Shown here: positions 1-7,590 of the stretch, in pieces
Layout of the letters: every line of letters starts with the position of its first letter
How positions within the stretch are numbered: the first letter of the stretch is position 1
NCBI RefSeq assembly: GCF_024808815.1
Contig: NZ_JANUCS010000003.1
Coordinates: forward strand, 105,386 to 129,385
Direction: 5' to 3'
Length of the DNA: 24,000 bases
Origin: Methanosalsum natronophilum
GTDB taxonomy: Archaea > Halobacteriota > Methanosarcinia > Methanosarcinales > Methanosarcinaceae
Position numbers and translations under genes: made by a program
Notes under the pieces: generated by a model
Seen by the model: the letters and a program-made list of their open reading frames with translations, nothing else
The model's database searches: none
What the model was told of the DNA's origin: nothing

Positions 1-78
1 AAAAGAAAAATGGATATTTCATTTAGCTGATGATTAAGATCATGCTATAATGAAATGTTTTATGTAATTATTAAGTGC

Positions 79-687
79 TTATACCTTTTCAGCAAAAGCT
101 AGATTCCCGCTTATTCTTTTAATTTTTATTTTCAGTACTTGGCCTTGGCTTGTACCTGGAACAAATATTGTGAATTTACCCATTTTTGCTATACCATCAC
201 CCTTTGAACCCACAGCTTCAATCTTGACTTCGTACTCTTTACCTTCTTCAATTGCATCTTTGGCTACGTCGGTAATAGCTTTTCTTTTCTTAACAGGACG
301 ATGTGCACCACATGCAAGACATTTGAGTACCATCACACGTTCAACCTTATCTAACTGTGTGTCAGGTCTACTACACTCAGAACAGATAACGTATTCTTCC
401 ACGTAAGATTCAATGTTTGCTTTAATCAGCTCTTTTGGGAAACGCCCTTGGAATATAGCTCTGCTACCCTCAACTTTTCCAGCTGTACCAAGCTCACGAG
501 TTAAATATTTCATCAGATGGTCAGCTTCCCTGTTTAATACACTAATTATGTTAGTGAAATTATCAAGGACTGTTGTCTTACCCTCAATGAATATTCTAGG
601 TTCTGGTATGACAAATCTTTCATCAGTAGTTTCTACATCCGGCAGGTTTTCTAATGCACGGTTCAGTAATTTTTCGTAGTCTTCCAT
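79..687 (-). CDS. eif2b: Translation initiation factor aIF2 beta subunit fused to a C-terminal TRAM domain
   Basis: 202-aa ORF. The N-terminal ~140 aa has the aIF2-beta layout (ERFVIPEP..., CSEC...CLAC zinc ribbon). Residues ~145-202 ([44 protein letters not shown]) match stand-alone archaeal TRAM proteins. ATG start with a GGTGA SD (694..698) 6 nt upstream. Confidence 0.9.
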   Translation of the reverse strand: MEDYEKLLNRALENLPDVETTDERFVIPEPRIFIEGKTTVLDNFTNIISVLNREADHLMKYLTRELGTAGKVEGSRAIFQGRFPKELIKANIESYVEEYVICSECSRPDTQLDKVERVMVLKCLACGAHRPVKKRKAITDVAKDAIEEGKEYEVKIEAVGSKGDGIAKMGKFTIFVPGTSQGQVLKIKIKRISGNLAFAEKV

Positions 688-718
688 ATTTTTTCACCCT
701 GCCTATCATTAATTAATC

Positions 719-1234
719 TTACTGGACTAGCTTATGCCCTTTATCAACTACTATACGAACAGGTGTAGGCAATTTGTATCCAGCACGTCTTAATGCCTTC
801 TTGGCTGTTAAAAAGTTTTCTTTATTTACTGCAACAGTGAATACCTTTTGTCCAGCTGAAACTCTGGCAGCCGTTCCTACATTTTTCCCATAAGATTCTC
901 TCATACCACTGGATACACGGTCAGCACCTGCACCAGTAGCTTGTTTGTTTTCTCTTAGTACTTCGTGAGGATAAACTCTTAACTTTAAATGGTAAGAAGA
1001 TCGTCCAGACTTCATAAGTAGTCTATTTGCAGTAATACGTGCAGCCTCTAATGCTGTGTGCCTTATTTGGCATCTCTCATCTGAAATCAAAGATAATTTA
1101 ATTGGAAATTCTGCAGACTTGTTTCCCATATCATAATGAATTATATGACTTCCGGGAACACCACCCATATACTCTCTACGTGTAAATGATCTTTGAGTTA
1201 CATTTCTATACATACTTGCTGGTTTTCTGACCAT
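719..1234 (-). CDS. rpl10e: Large-subunit ribosomal protein uL16 (L10e)
   Basis: 171 aa. The [10 protein letters not shown]...REYMGGVPG...[11 protein letters not shown] pattern is typical of archaeal L10e. Sits 31 nt upstream of, and co-directional with, eif2b. Confidence 0.95.
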   Translation of the reverse strand: MVRKPASMYRNVTQRSFTRREYMGGVPGSHIIHYDMGNKSAEFPIKLSLISDERCQIRHTALEAARITANRLLMKSGRSSYHLKLRVYPHEVLRENKQATGAGADRVSSGMRESYGKNVGTAARVSAGQKVFTVAVNKENFLTAKKALRRAGYKLPTPVRIVVDKGHKLVQ

Positions 1235-1241
1235 AGATTAA

Positions 1242-1247
1242 ACCTCC
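1242..1247 (-). promoter_or_regulatory. Shine-Dalgarno GGAGGT for rpl10e
   Basis: Plus-strand ACCTCC, i.e. GGAGGT on the minus strand, 7 nt upstream of the ATG at 1234. Confidence 0.6.
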
Positions 1248-1403
1248 TGGAAATTTAGATTAGACAACAAATTTAGGATTGAATGATTTGTCATATTGAT
1301 GATTTATATTAAAGAAGTGAGTAGTTACAACAGAATACTTCTATTTTAAGTTGTTGATACCTCAATTCTACTCTTGAACTAGATTTTCTAAATACTTAGT
1401 TAT

Positions 1404-2501
1404 TTATAAGTTTTTTCCACTGGATTTTTTATTTTTCGTTATTTTGTTAAATGCATCAACTAACCCATAACACCCTGAAAGCATCATATTGCCCATGGGA
1501 GTAGCAAAGTATACTTTCATCTTGTTATTCTTGTCATGATTAATTAAGTCCGTTTGTAATATATCATAACGTTTGGGCCCAGTTATCACTATACTGCATA
1601 TATTGTCAAACCCAACTTTCTCTTTTACATAGCATCCATGACCACCCTCTTCATATATTTCATCAAAACTTAATTCATTATCTGCAAACCTGATAAGTTT
1701 GTTTTTAAACTCATTCCATTGGATGGAAGATGTATGATGTTCAAAAATCCCTATAATTTTTTGATTGTTGACTAAAGCAACTAATGTATGTCCATTCCCG
1801 ACATTGATGACAATACATGGTTGTGTGGGCATTGGGTCAAGTATAGCACCAAAAATTGCTGCAATACCTGTATCCATGAAAACAGCTTCATAATCATAAG
1901 TTACTCTTGAAACGGCTTTCATTCGATTGAGATAACTAGGAATTGATGTATGAGTATAAGTGAAATTCAAAATACTACCATCTTTTTCTATACCTTCTTT
2001 TAGGTGCTTGAATCTAAATATTCTATTACTGATGTCTGGAGAATAACCATGATCCTGGACAGCGATAGCGATTTTATTTGGTAAATCTAACTCAAACTCG
2101 TTTAAGATATACTCTAATGAACTTAAGTTGAGATCACTCATTCGAATTTCAACGAGATTTTCATTAGATGGCATTTCAGCTTTATCAGCAATCACATTTA
2201 TGCCTAAACTTTTTACAGTTTCAATATTATCTTTTATCGTAAAAGCTGCATCAACTGTAGAATAAATTTCCAGGTTGGAAGCAAGATGATTTTTTATAGC
2301 CTTGACACAAGGCCCTCCTCCCATAACATCTCCTGTCAACAGTATATTCTTTCTGTCATTAGTTGTTGTCTTGATTTTCTTTGCTATAGTTACTGTTGGA
2401 GAGGGGACTATCATATTATAGTTATTTTCACCCTCTTTTGTGCTATCATACAATAATATATCTTGTGTTCCTGTACCAATATCAATAGCTAGTAATTTCA
2501 T
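1404..2501 (-). CDS. ASKHA-fold (actin/Hsp70/sugar-kinase-like) protein, DUF1786-like, function unknown
   Basis: N-terminus MKLLAIDIGTGTQDILLY is a phosphate-1 type DxGxT motif, with a second glycine-rich motif VINVGNGHT mid-protein. I place the start at the ATG at 2501 (M30 of the track ORF). The longer ORF would overlap the divergent moaB start and adds a hydrophobic, non-homologous-looking leader. Confidence 0.55.
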   Translation of the reverse strand: MKLLAIDIGTGTQDILLYDSTKEGENNYNMIVPSPTVTIAKKIKTTTNDRKNILLTGDVMGGGPCVKAIKNHLASNLEIYSTVDAAFTIKDNIETVKSLGINVIADKAEMPSNENLVEIRMSDLNLSSLEYILNEFELDLPNKIAIAVQDHGYSPDISNRIFRFKHLKEGIEKDGSILNFTYTHTSIPSYLNRMKAVSRVTYDYEAVFMDTGIAAIFGAILDPMPTQPCIVINVGNGHTLVALVNNQKIIGIFEHHTSSIQWNEFKNKLIRFADNELSFDEIYEEGGHGCYVKEKVGFDNICSIVITGPKRYDILQTDLINHDKNNKMKVYFATPMGNMMLSGCYGLVDAFNKITKNKKSSGKNL

Positions 2502-2548
2502 AGTAGAATCGCTTAATACATATAGGTGTTTTTGTATAAATAGTTTCA

Positions 2549-3088
2549 ATGAAAGACTCAACTCCAAAAAAGCATAAGAAAAACTCATTAGAGAAACTGA
2601 ACTATGGTATTGTAACTGTATCTAGCTCAAGATTTCAAAAATATGGAGATGTAACTCATCCTTCAGAAGCTGAAGATATATCTGGATGCTTTTTAATTAG
2701 CTATTTGAAAAAAAATAATCAAACCGTTATGGAATATTCATTAGTAGAAGACTCTGTTTTAGATATTAGAAATGCAATATTATCATTTATAGATTCGGGA
2801 GTGGATGTTGTAATTACAACTGGTGGAACTGGTCTTTCTCCTAAAGACGTTACGATTGAGGCCGTGATACCAATTATTGAAAAAGAGATGCCAGGCTTTG
2901 GTGAACTGTTTAGATATCGTAGCTTGGAAAAAATATCAACATCTGTAATTATGACAAGAACTATGGCAGGGATATCAAATAAAAGCTGTATATTCTGTAT
3001 TCCGGGTTCAACAGATGCATGTACAATTGGTATTGAAATAATAATAGAAGAAGCTGGCCACATAATTAAGCATGCTAGAAAAAATTAA
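2549..3088 (+). CDS. moaB: Molybdenum cofactor biosynthesis protein, MoaB/MogA family
   Basis: 179 aa. Has YGIVTVSSSR, VVITTGGTGLSPKD and IPGS motifs characteristic of MogA/MoaB-fold proteins. Confidence 0.85.
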   Translation: MKDSTPKKHKKNSLEKLNYGIVTVSSSRFQKYGDVTHPSEAEDISGCFLISYLKKNNQTVMEYSLVEDSVLDIRNAILSFIDSGVDVVITTGGTGLSPKDVTIEAVIPIIEKEMPGFGELFRYRSLEKISTSVIMTRTMAGISNKSCIFCIPGSTDACTIGIEIIIEEAGHIIKHARKN

Positions 3089-3407
3089 GAATGACTTGTA
3101 ATCTAAGTAATAATCTAAAAGTAACCATATATTGCAGGAAAAATGTCAATAAAAAATGCACATTTACAAAAATCTGGTCACTTGATAAGGTGTTACATTT
3201 TAACAGAAGAAATATATAAAATGAATTTTAACTAAGATATACTCTAAGAGTTTATAATGATGCCATTCAATATCATGTACGGTTAATATTTATCATAAAA
3301 GGTAATAAAGGGATACAGTAAAAATATTTGATGTATTTGATCAAATCCTACGAATGTTAAATTTAACCTAATTTTCTATTGAACAGGTATAAAAAATTAA
3401 TTATATC

Positions 3408-4151
3408 ATGGCTTTACATAATAAGAATGGAACGGTACACATGACTAGTTATTCTCTTGGTATAAATGAACTTGATGAATTGATTGGGGAGATAAAAAGT
3501 GGAACCAATCTTATGATTATAGGTCCACCTATGAGTGGTAAGAACGAAGTAATCAACTCAATTCTCTACACAGGCTTACAAGAGAACAATTCTGGAATTA
3601 TAGTTAGTACTGGTGATCCGGGTGAAAAGATAATTGAATGGTTTGAAGAGAATGATTTATCAATAGAAAACTCTCCGGTAGGTATTGTAGATTGTGTCAC
3701 AAAGACATTGGGTCTAGGTGCACCAGATACGTATAATATTAAAAGAGTTGCCAGCCCTGTAGATCTAACTGGGATTGGTGTGAAAATAAGTCATTTTTTT
3801 GATGAGTTTATGAATAAACAAAATATACAACAAACACGGTTGTGTATAAATTCTCTTTCAACAATTTTAATGTATTCGAATATACAAACAGTTTTCAGAT
3901 TTCTCCATGTGTTTACAGGAAGAGTGAAGTCATCTAATTCTTTTGGATTATATGTAGTAGAAGATGAGATGCACGATGCTAGGACTATAGCTACTTTAAA
4001 ACAACTGTTTGATGGAATGATAGAAATAAAAACAGATGATGAAGGCCAGAATTATATCAGAGTTGTTGGAATCACTTCAAAACCCACACCTTGGTATGAG
4101 TTTGAATTTGTTGGCTCAAAAATTTCGTTAAAAAAGGTTGATAAAAGTTAA
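3408..4151 (+). CDS. KaiC/RadA/RAD55-family RecA-superfamily ATPase-like protein with degenerate Walker motifs
   Basis: 247 aa. LGINELDELIG..GTNLMIIGPPMSGKN resembles the KaiC-like N-terminus and P-loop, and RLCINSLS sits where the Walker B hhhhDSLS is expected. The start could instead be the ATG at 3441 (M12). Confidence 0.6.
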   Translation: MALHNKNGTVHMTSYSLGINELDELIGEIKSGTNLMIIGPPMSGKNEVINSILYTGLQENNSGIIVSTGDPGEKIIEWFEENDLSIENSPVGIVDCVTKTLGLGAPDTYNIKRVASPVDLTGIGVKISHFFDEFMNKQNIQQTRLCINSLSTILMYSNIQTVFRFLHVFTGRVKSSNSFGLYVVEDEMHDARTIATLKQLFDGMIEIKTDDEGQNYIRVVGITSKPTPWYEFEFVGSKISLKKVDKS

Positions 4152-4382
4152 TAGGCCTGCCTCGTGTTAATATACTATAAAATCCTATTTTAATAACCAA
4201 CTATATTTTTCTTGATACATTCGAGCAAGTATTCTATTTTTTATCTTATCTAATTTTGTTCTATAAATGCTCATATTTTAGGCAATATCGATTATGTATT
4301 TCTACAATTCGTTGAATTTTTATTCAGCAAAAACTTCGATTTTGAAAACAAATAAATAGTATTAAAGAAGCATGATACGTTC

Positions 4383-4643
4383 ATGGATAAGAAAAAACTT
4401 TATGAGCTCAAATCAAAATCAAACCAGCTAAAACCAAGTTTAAATATTGGGAAAAAAGGTTTGGATGAACAAGTTATAGAAGAACTAAAAAAAACAATCA
4501 AAAAAGATAGATTAGTTAAAGTAAAAGTATTAAAAACTGCTCTCGAAGATAAAGATATTGAAACGATTTCAAATGAAATAACAGAGAAGACAAGTAGTAC
4601 TTTGATTGAGATTAGGGGTTACTCAGTTACTATTTATCGCTAA
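4383..4643 (+). CDS. CRM-domain / YhbY-family RNA-binding protein
   Basis: 86 aa. LKSKSNQLKPSLNIGKKGLDEQVIEELKKTIKKDRLVKVKVL matches the YhbY/CRS1 pattern (GKxGl...eL.KVkvl). Confidence 0.75.
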   Translation: MDKKKLYELKSKSNQLKPSLNIGKKGLDEQVIEELKKTIKKDRLVKVKVLKTALEDKDIETISNEITEKTSSTLIEIRGYSVTIYR

Positions 4644-4650
4644 TTTCAAT

Positions 4651-4974
4651 TTAAAAAGAAAAATCATTTGAAACAACACTTGTGCTTTGGACAGTTACTA
4701 ATTTATTAGGTACAATTTCTTTAATATCTTTTAGTACTGGCCTGATTTTATCTTCAGTATCTACAACTTCAATAATTAGAGGTAAATCAGAACTAATTCT
4801 TAATAGCTTGGTGCTATGAAAACTTGTATGTGGCCCATATCCGGTTATGCCTCTTATTACTGTTGCACCAAGTATGCCCTTTTCACGTAATAACTGGACT
4901 ATAAAACTTGATGTACTTTTTCCGTTGTATGTATCATTTTCACTTATATATATTTTAACTGTAACATAATTCAT
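4651..4974 (-). CDS. DUF190 (UPF0166) PII-like protein, CrcB-associated
   Basis: 107 aa. KIYISENDTYNGKS...GILGATVIRGITGYG...SSDLPLIIEVVDTEDKI matches the DUF190 pattern. Lies 19 nt downstream of crcB on the same strand. Confidence 0.8.
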   Translation of the reverse strand: MNYVTVKIYISENDTYNGKSTSSFIVQLLREKGILGATVIRGITGYGPHTSFHSTKLLRISSDLPLIIEVVDTEDKIRPVLKDIKEIVPNKLVTVQSTSVVSNDFSF

Positions 4975-4993
4975 ATTTTCACATCTATTGAGT

Positions 4994-5350
4994 TTAAAGT
5001 AAATTAGCTATCATGTATCCTAAAAACACTCCGCCTATGCAGAGTAATAAATTAGTTATTACATTGATCCAAAAATATCTAACCTGTCCATTTTCAAGCA
5101 ACTTAAAACTTTCATATGAAAAAGTAGAATAAGTTGTAAAGGACCCTAACAAACCTATGTTTATAAAATGTAATACAAAATCACTATCTATAGAAAATGT
5201 AGTTAAAGCTAAAAAAAAGCTACCTATGAAATTGACAAACAATGTACCAATTGGAAAAAATGACTTGTGTATTAACATTCCTGTAAGAATGTATCTCAAC
5301 ACAGCACCTATAAAACCGCCTATTCCTACTAATAAAATAGGAGAGATCAT
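4994..5350 (-). CDS. crcB: Fluoride ion channel CrcB/Fluc, paralog 2
   Basis: 118 aa with four hydrophobic segments. Has GGFIGAVLRY and LGSFTTYSTF motifs. ATG overlaps the upstream crcB stop (ATGA). GGAGGT SD at 5356..5361. Confidence 0.9.
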   Translation of the reverse strand: MISPILLVGIGGFIGAVLRYILTGMLIHKSFFPIGTLFVNFIGSFFLALTTFSIDSDFVLHFINIGLLGSFTTYSTFSYESFKLLENGQVRYFWINVITNLLLCIGGVFLGYMIANLL

Positions 5351-5733
5351 ACACTACCTCCCTTAGATATTAGGAGAAAAACAGTTTTTGCAAAGTGTAT
5401 GGAGAGAATTGCAAATAATATATTCAATACTATATATATCGTAAAAATGGCAAGTGAATGTGTAAAAACAATATAGCTCTGGAAAGCAAAATGGGAAAAA
5501 GTTGTCAACGAACCGAGAAAACCAATTCCTACAAACACTCTGAAATAAGGATTAACATAGCCAAATTCTGTACTGTACATTAAAATCCCAAGTAAGAAAC
5601 TTCCTATAATATTTATTATAAAGATACTAACCAAACCATATGTTAGCTCAAAAAAACCATATCTTAGCAAAGCTCCTAAAACTCCCCCAAAACCTACATA
5701 AGCAATATTTTTGATATCTGTATGATGAAACAT
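5347..5733 (-). CDS. crcB: Fluoride ion channel CrcB/Fluc, paralog 1
   Basis: Has GGVLGALLRY and LGSLTTFSHF motifs. The track start at 5745 is a TTG. The first ATG is at 5733, 4 nt after the moeA stop, and I use it; the alternative start is 5745. Confidence 0.85.
   Translation of the reverse strand: MFHHTDIKNIAYVGFGGVLGALLRYGFFELTYGLVSIFIINIIGSFLLGILMYSTEFGYVNPYFRVFVGIGFLGSLTTFSHFAFQSYIVFTHSLAIFTIYIVLNILFAILSIHFAKTVFLLISKGGSV
5356..5361 (-). promoter_or_regulatory. Shine-Dalgarno GGAGGT for crcB paralog 2
   Basis: Plus-strand ACCTCC, 5 nt upstream of the ATG at 5350, lying inside the 3' end of the upstream crcB. Confidence 0.6.
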
Positions 5734-5737
5734 CAAA

Positions 5738-6946
5738 TCATTCAATTAAAAAAACTTCAACAGTATCTCCTTCATTAATACCTTCAATATTTTCTCCGAT
5801 TTTGACAAAACCGTCTGCCTGAGTAACTGTACTCATTATGCCAGCACCAGAAGTCATTAAAGGTATAGCTTTATTCCCATCTAACTTAACTCTTGTATAT
5901 GTAACATACCCTATTTTAGATGTAATTTTATGTTGAAGTGTAGCTTCTTGTTTGTAAAAGGAATTAGGTTCTTTTATATGACTTAGTTTTTTTATGGCGG
6001 GAGCAGCAAATTCAAAAAGAGTTATTAAACCGGCTGCTGGATAACCAGGCAAACAAATAACTGGTATATCATTAAAAGAGCCTAATGCTGTAGGTTTACC
6101 TGGACTGATTCCAATACCGTGTACTAATAAAGTTCCAATCTTATCAAGAACTGTTGGGACATAATCCCTTTCTCCAACAGAAGTACCTCCACAAACAACT
6201 ATCAAATCGGCATCGATGTTCTTTTTGATTTCTTTTTCGATCAGTAAAGGATCATCCACGATAATATCAGAATATAATGGATGTCCACCCCATTTTTCTA
6301 CATAGGCTCCAACCATTAAACTGTTAGTTTCACTTATTTTTCCTGGAGGAGGACTTTGTTTTGACCTTTTAACTAATTCGTTGCCTGTAGGGATGATTGC
6401 AACATTTGGTTTTTCGTATACTTCAATTTCTTCAATCCCACAAGATGCAATAGTTGCTAGGTCACATCCTCTTAATAGGTGGTTAGCATTGACGATTATA
6501 TCACCAATTCTAATATCTTCTCCTATATGGCCTACATTTTTACCAGGATGGACCTTTGTAAAAAATTCTACTAAACTTCCTTTCTGTTCAGTATCTTCCA
6601 CCATAACTACAGCGTCAGCACCATCTGGTATTTTTGAACCCGTATGAACACGAACACATGTGGAGTTAGATATTTTGTCACTTAAGGTCAACATAATAGG
6701 GCTAGAAATAGATGCAGATGTAATATTTTCGGCTTTTACAGCATATCCATCCATTGCAGCTCTATTATAATGAGGGACATTCATGTCTGAAATAATGTCC
6801 TTGGAAGTAATTCGACCTTGACACTCCTCGACTCTTAATATATTAGTTTTATTTAATGGTATTATTGAATTAAGAAATAAATCTTTAGCTGTTTTTAAGC
6901 TAGTCCTTTCTTTGAAAACTCTGCTCTTCATCAAAACACAACTCAT
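5738..6946 (-). CDS. moeA: Molybdopterin molybdenumtransferase MoeA
   Basis: 402 aa. Has NVPHYNRAAMDGYAV, a central MogA-like domain (LIVVCGGTSVGERD) and GLPGYP-like LPGYPAAG. The start could be the ATG at 6931 (M6). Confidence 0.9.
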   Translation of the reverse strand: MSCVLMKSRVFKERTSLKTAKDLFLNSIIPLNKTNILRVEECQGRITSKDIISDMNVPHYNRAAMDGYAVKAENITSASISSPIMLTLSDKISNSTCVRVHTGSKIPDGADAVVMVEDTEQKGSLVEFFTKVHPGKNVGHIGEDIRIGDIIVNANHLLRGCDLATIASCGIEEIEVYEKPNVAIIPTGNELVKRSKQSPPPGKISETNSLMVGAYVEKWGGHPLYSDIIVDDPLLIEKEIKKNIDADLIVVCGGTSVGERDYVPTVLDKIGTLLVHGIGISPGKPTALGSFNDIPVICLPGYPAAGLITLFEFAAPAIKKLSHIKEPNSFYKQEATLQHKITSKIGYVTYTRVKLDGNKAIPLMTSGAGIMSTVTQADGFVKIGENIEGINEGDTVEVFLIE

Positions 6947-6972
6947 TTTTTATTGGACAGTAAGTATTTAGA

Positions 6973-7251
6973 TTACCCTCCGGATACAGGTGGTAATATT
7001 GCAACCTCGTCACCATCAGACAGTGATGAATTAATACCATCCAAATGCATGATATTAGTACCGTTGATAAAAATATTGATGTAACCTTGTAAGTCGTTGC
7101 CACTGTCCTCAAAAACTATACTGTTTGCATCCGGATACTCATCAATAAATTTATGGAGTAATTCAATTAAGTTCTTTGCTTCATATTCTAACTTTGATTG
7201 TCCAACGAGTTCTCTTATATTAGCAAATAATTTTAATTTGATATGTGCCAT
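6973..7251 (-). CDS. moaD: MoaD/ThiS-family ubiquitin-like sulfur carrier (SAMP-like) with C-terminal Gly-Gly
   Basis: 92 aa. IKLKLFANIRELVG N-terminus and DGDEVAILPPVSGG-stop C-terminus are the MoaD signature. Lies 26 nt upstream of moeA. Confidence 0.8.
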   Translation of the reverse strand: MAHIKLKLFANIRELVGQSKLEYEAKNLIELLHKFIDEYPDANSIVFEDSGNDLQGYINIFINGTNIMHLDGINSSLSDGDEVAILPPVSGG

Positions 7252-7369
7252 TTAAACTTCCGTCCCATAAAAAATATACATTTAGTGCATCGATGTTTTT
7301 ATTAAACGATAAATTATTTTAATGTATTCTTAATTTCATACATCTTACTATAAGCATACAAATAAGATG

Positions 7370-7376
7370 AAAAAAA
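7370..7376 (-). terminator. Oligo-T (T7) terminator after tRNA-Pro
   Basis: A7 run on the plus strand, i.e. T7 on the minus strand, starting 4 nt past the tRNA discriminator base. Archaeal terminators are typically oligo-T. Confidence 0.55.
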
Positions 7377-7380
7377 GTAA

Positions 7381-7455
7381 TGGGATAGCGCGGATTTGAA
7401 CCGCAGTCCAAGCGTCCCAAACGCTCGAGGATCGTCCAGGCTACCCTACTATCCC
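7381..7455 (-). tRNA. tRNA-Pro (anticodon UGG)
   Basis: 75 nt on the minus strand. Acceptor stem GGGAUAG/CUAUCCC (7 bp). Anticodon stem GAGCG/CGCUU with loop UUUGGGA (UGG, G37). T arm UGCGG-UUCAAAU-CCGCG. D loop contains GG. Discriminator A, CCA not encoded. It is the only GC-rich island in its intergenic region. Confidence 0.92.
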
Positions 7456-7468
7456 TTTATGTCTTAAT

Positions 7469-7488
7469 TTGGCTAGTCTTGGCTAGTG
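7469..7488. repeat. Tandem 2 x 10-nt repeat TTGGCTAGT(C/G)
   Basis: TTGGCTAGTC (7469..7478) is immediately followed by TTGGCTAGTG (7479..7488). It lies 14-33 nt upstream of the tRNA-Pro 5' end. Confidence 0.8.
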
Positions 7489-7499
7489 CAAATTTTTAG
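7489..7499 (-). promoter_or_regulatory. Candidate BRE/TATA element for tRNA-Pro
   Basis: The minus strand reads CTAAAAATTTG about 35-45 nt upstream of the mature tRNA 5' end. This is consistent with a TATA box plus a short processed leader. Position-based guess only. Confidence 0.3.
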
Positions 7500-7590
7500 C
7501 ATTCCCCTTAGATTACATTATAATACATATAGTTTGCGAAACAATTTGGGATATTCAATTTTGATTTAATGTAGACTAATATATTTTTTA

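Noticed and set aside
170-679. Two plus-strand ORFs (170..406, 413..679) inside the aIF2-beta gene
   Set aside because: They are antisense shadow ORFs with low-complexity S/L/F-rich translations. The opposite strand encodes a clearly recognisable conserved protein.
2502-2588. 29-codon N-terminal extension of the 1404..2588 ORF
   Set aside because: The extension overlaps the divergent moaB start. It encodes a hydrophobic, non-conserved-looking leader. The ASKHA motif MKLLAIDIGTG typically lies at the very N-terminus, so the ATG at 2501 is preferred.
2719-3063. Minus-strand 114-aa ORF inside moaB
   Set aside because: It is an antisense shadow of a well-supported gene, with no start context and an I/S/P-rich low-complexity translation.
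3143-3235. 30-codon ORF (MSIKNAHLQKSGHLIRCYILTEEIYKMNFN) in the moaB/KaiC-like spacer with a weak AGGA upstream
   Set aside because: It is too short and compositionally indistinguishable from AT-rich spacer, and I know of no recognisable motif or conservation. It would need ribosome profiling to be taken seriously.
5734-5800. Looked for a fluoride riboswitch leader upstream of the first crcB
   Set aside because: The sequence immediately upstream is moeA coding sequence (stop 4 nt before the crcB ATG), leaving no non-coding leader to hold a riboswitch. See the related finding.
5157-7112. ORFs 5157..5366 (+), 6381..6647 (+) and 6900..7112 (-) overlapping crcB, moeA and moaD
   Set aside because: They are shadow or out-of-frame ORFs within genes carrying strong family motifs on the other strand or frame.
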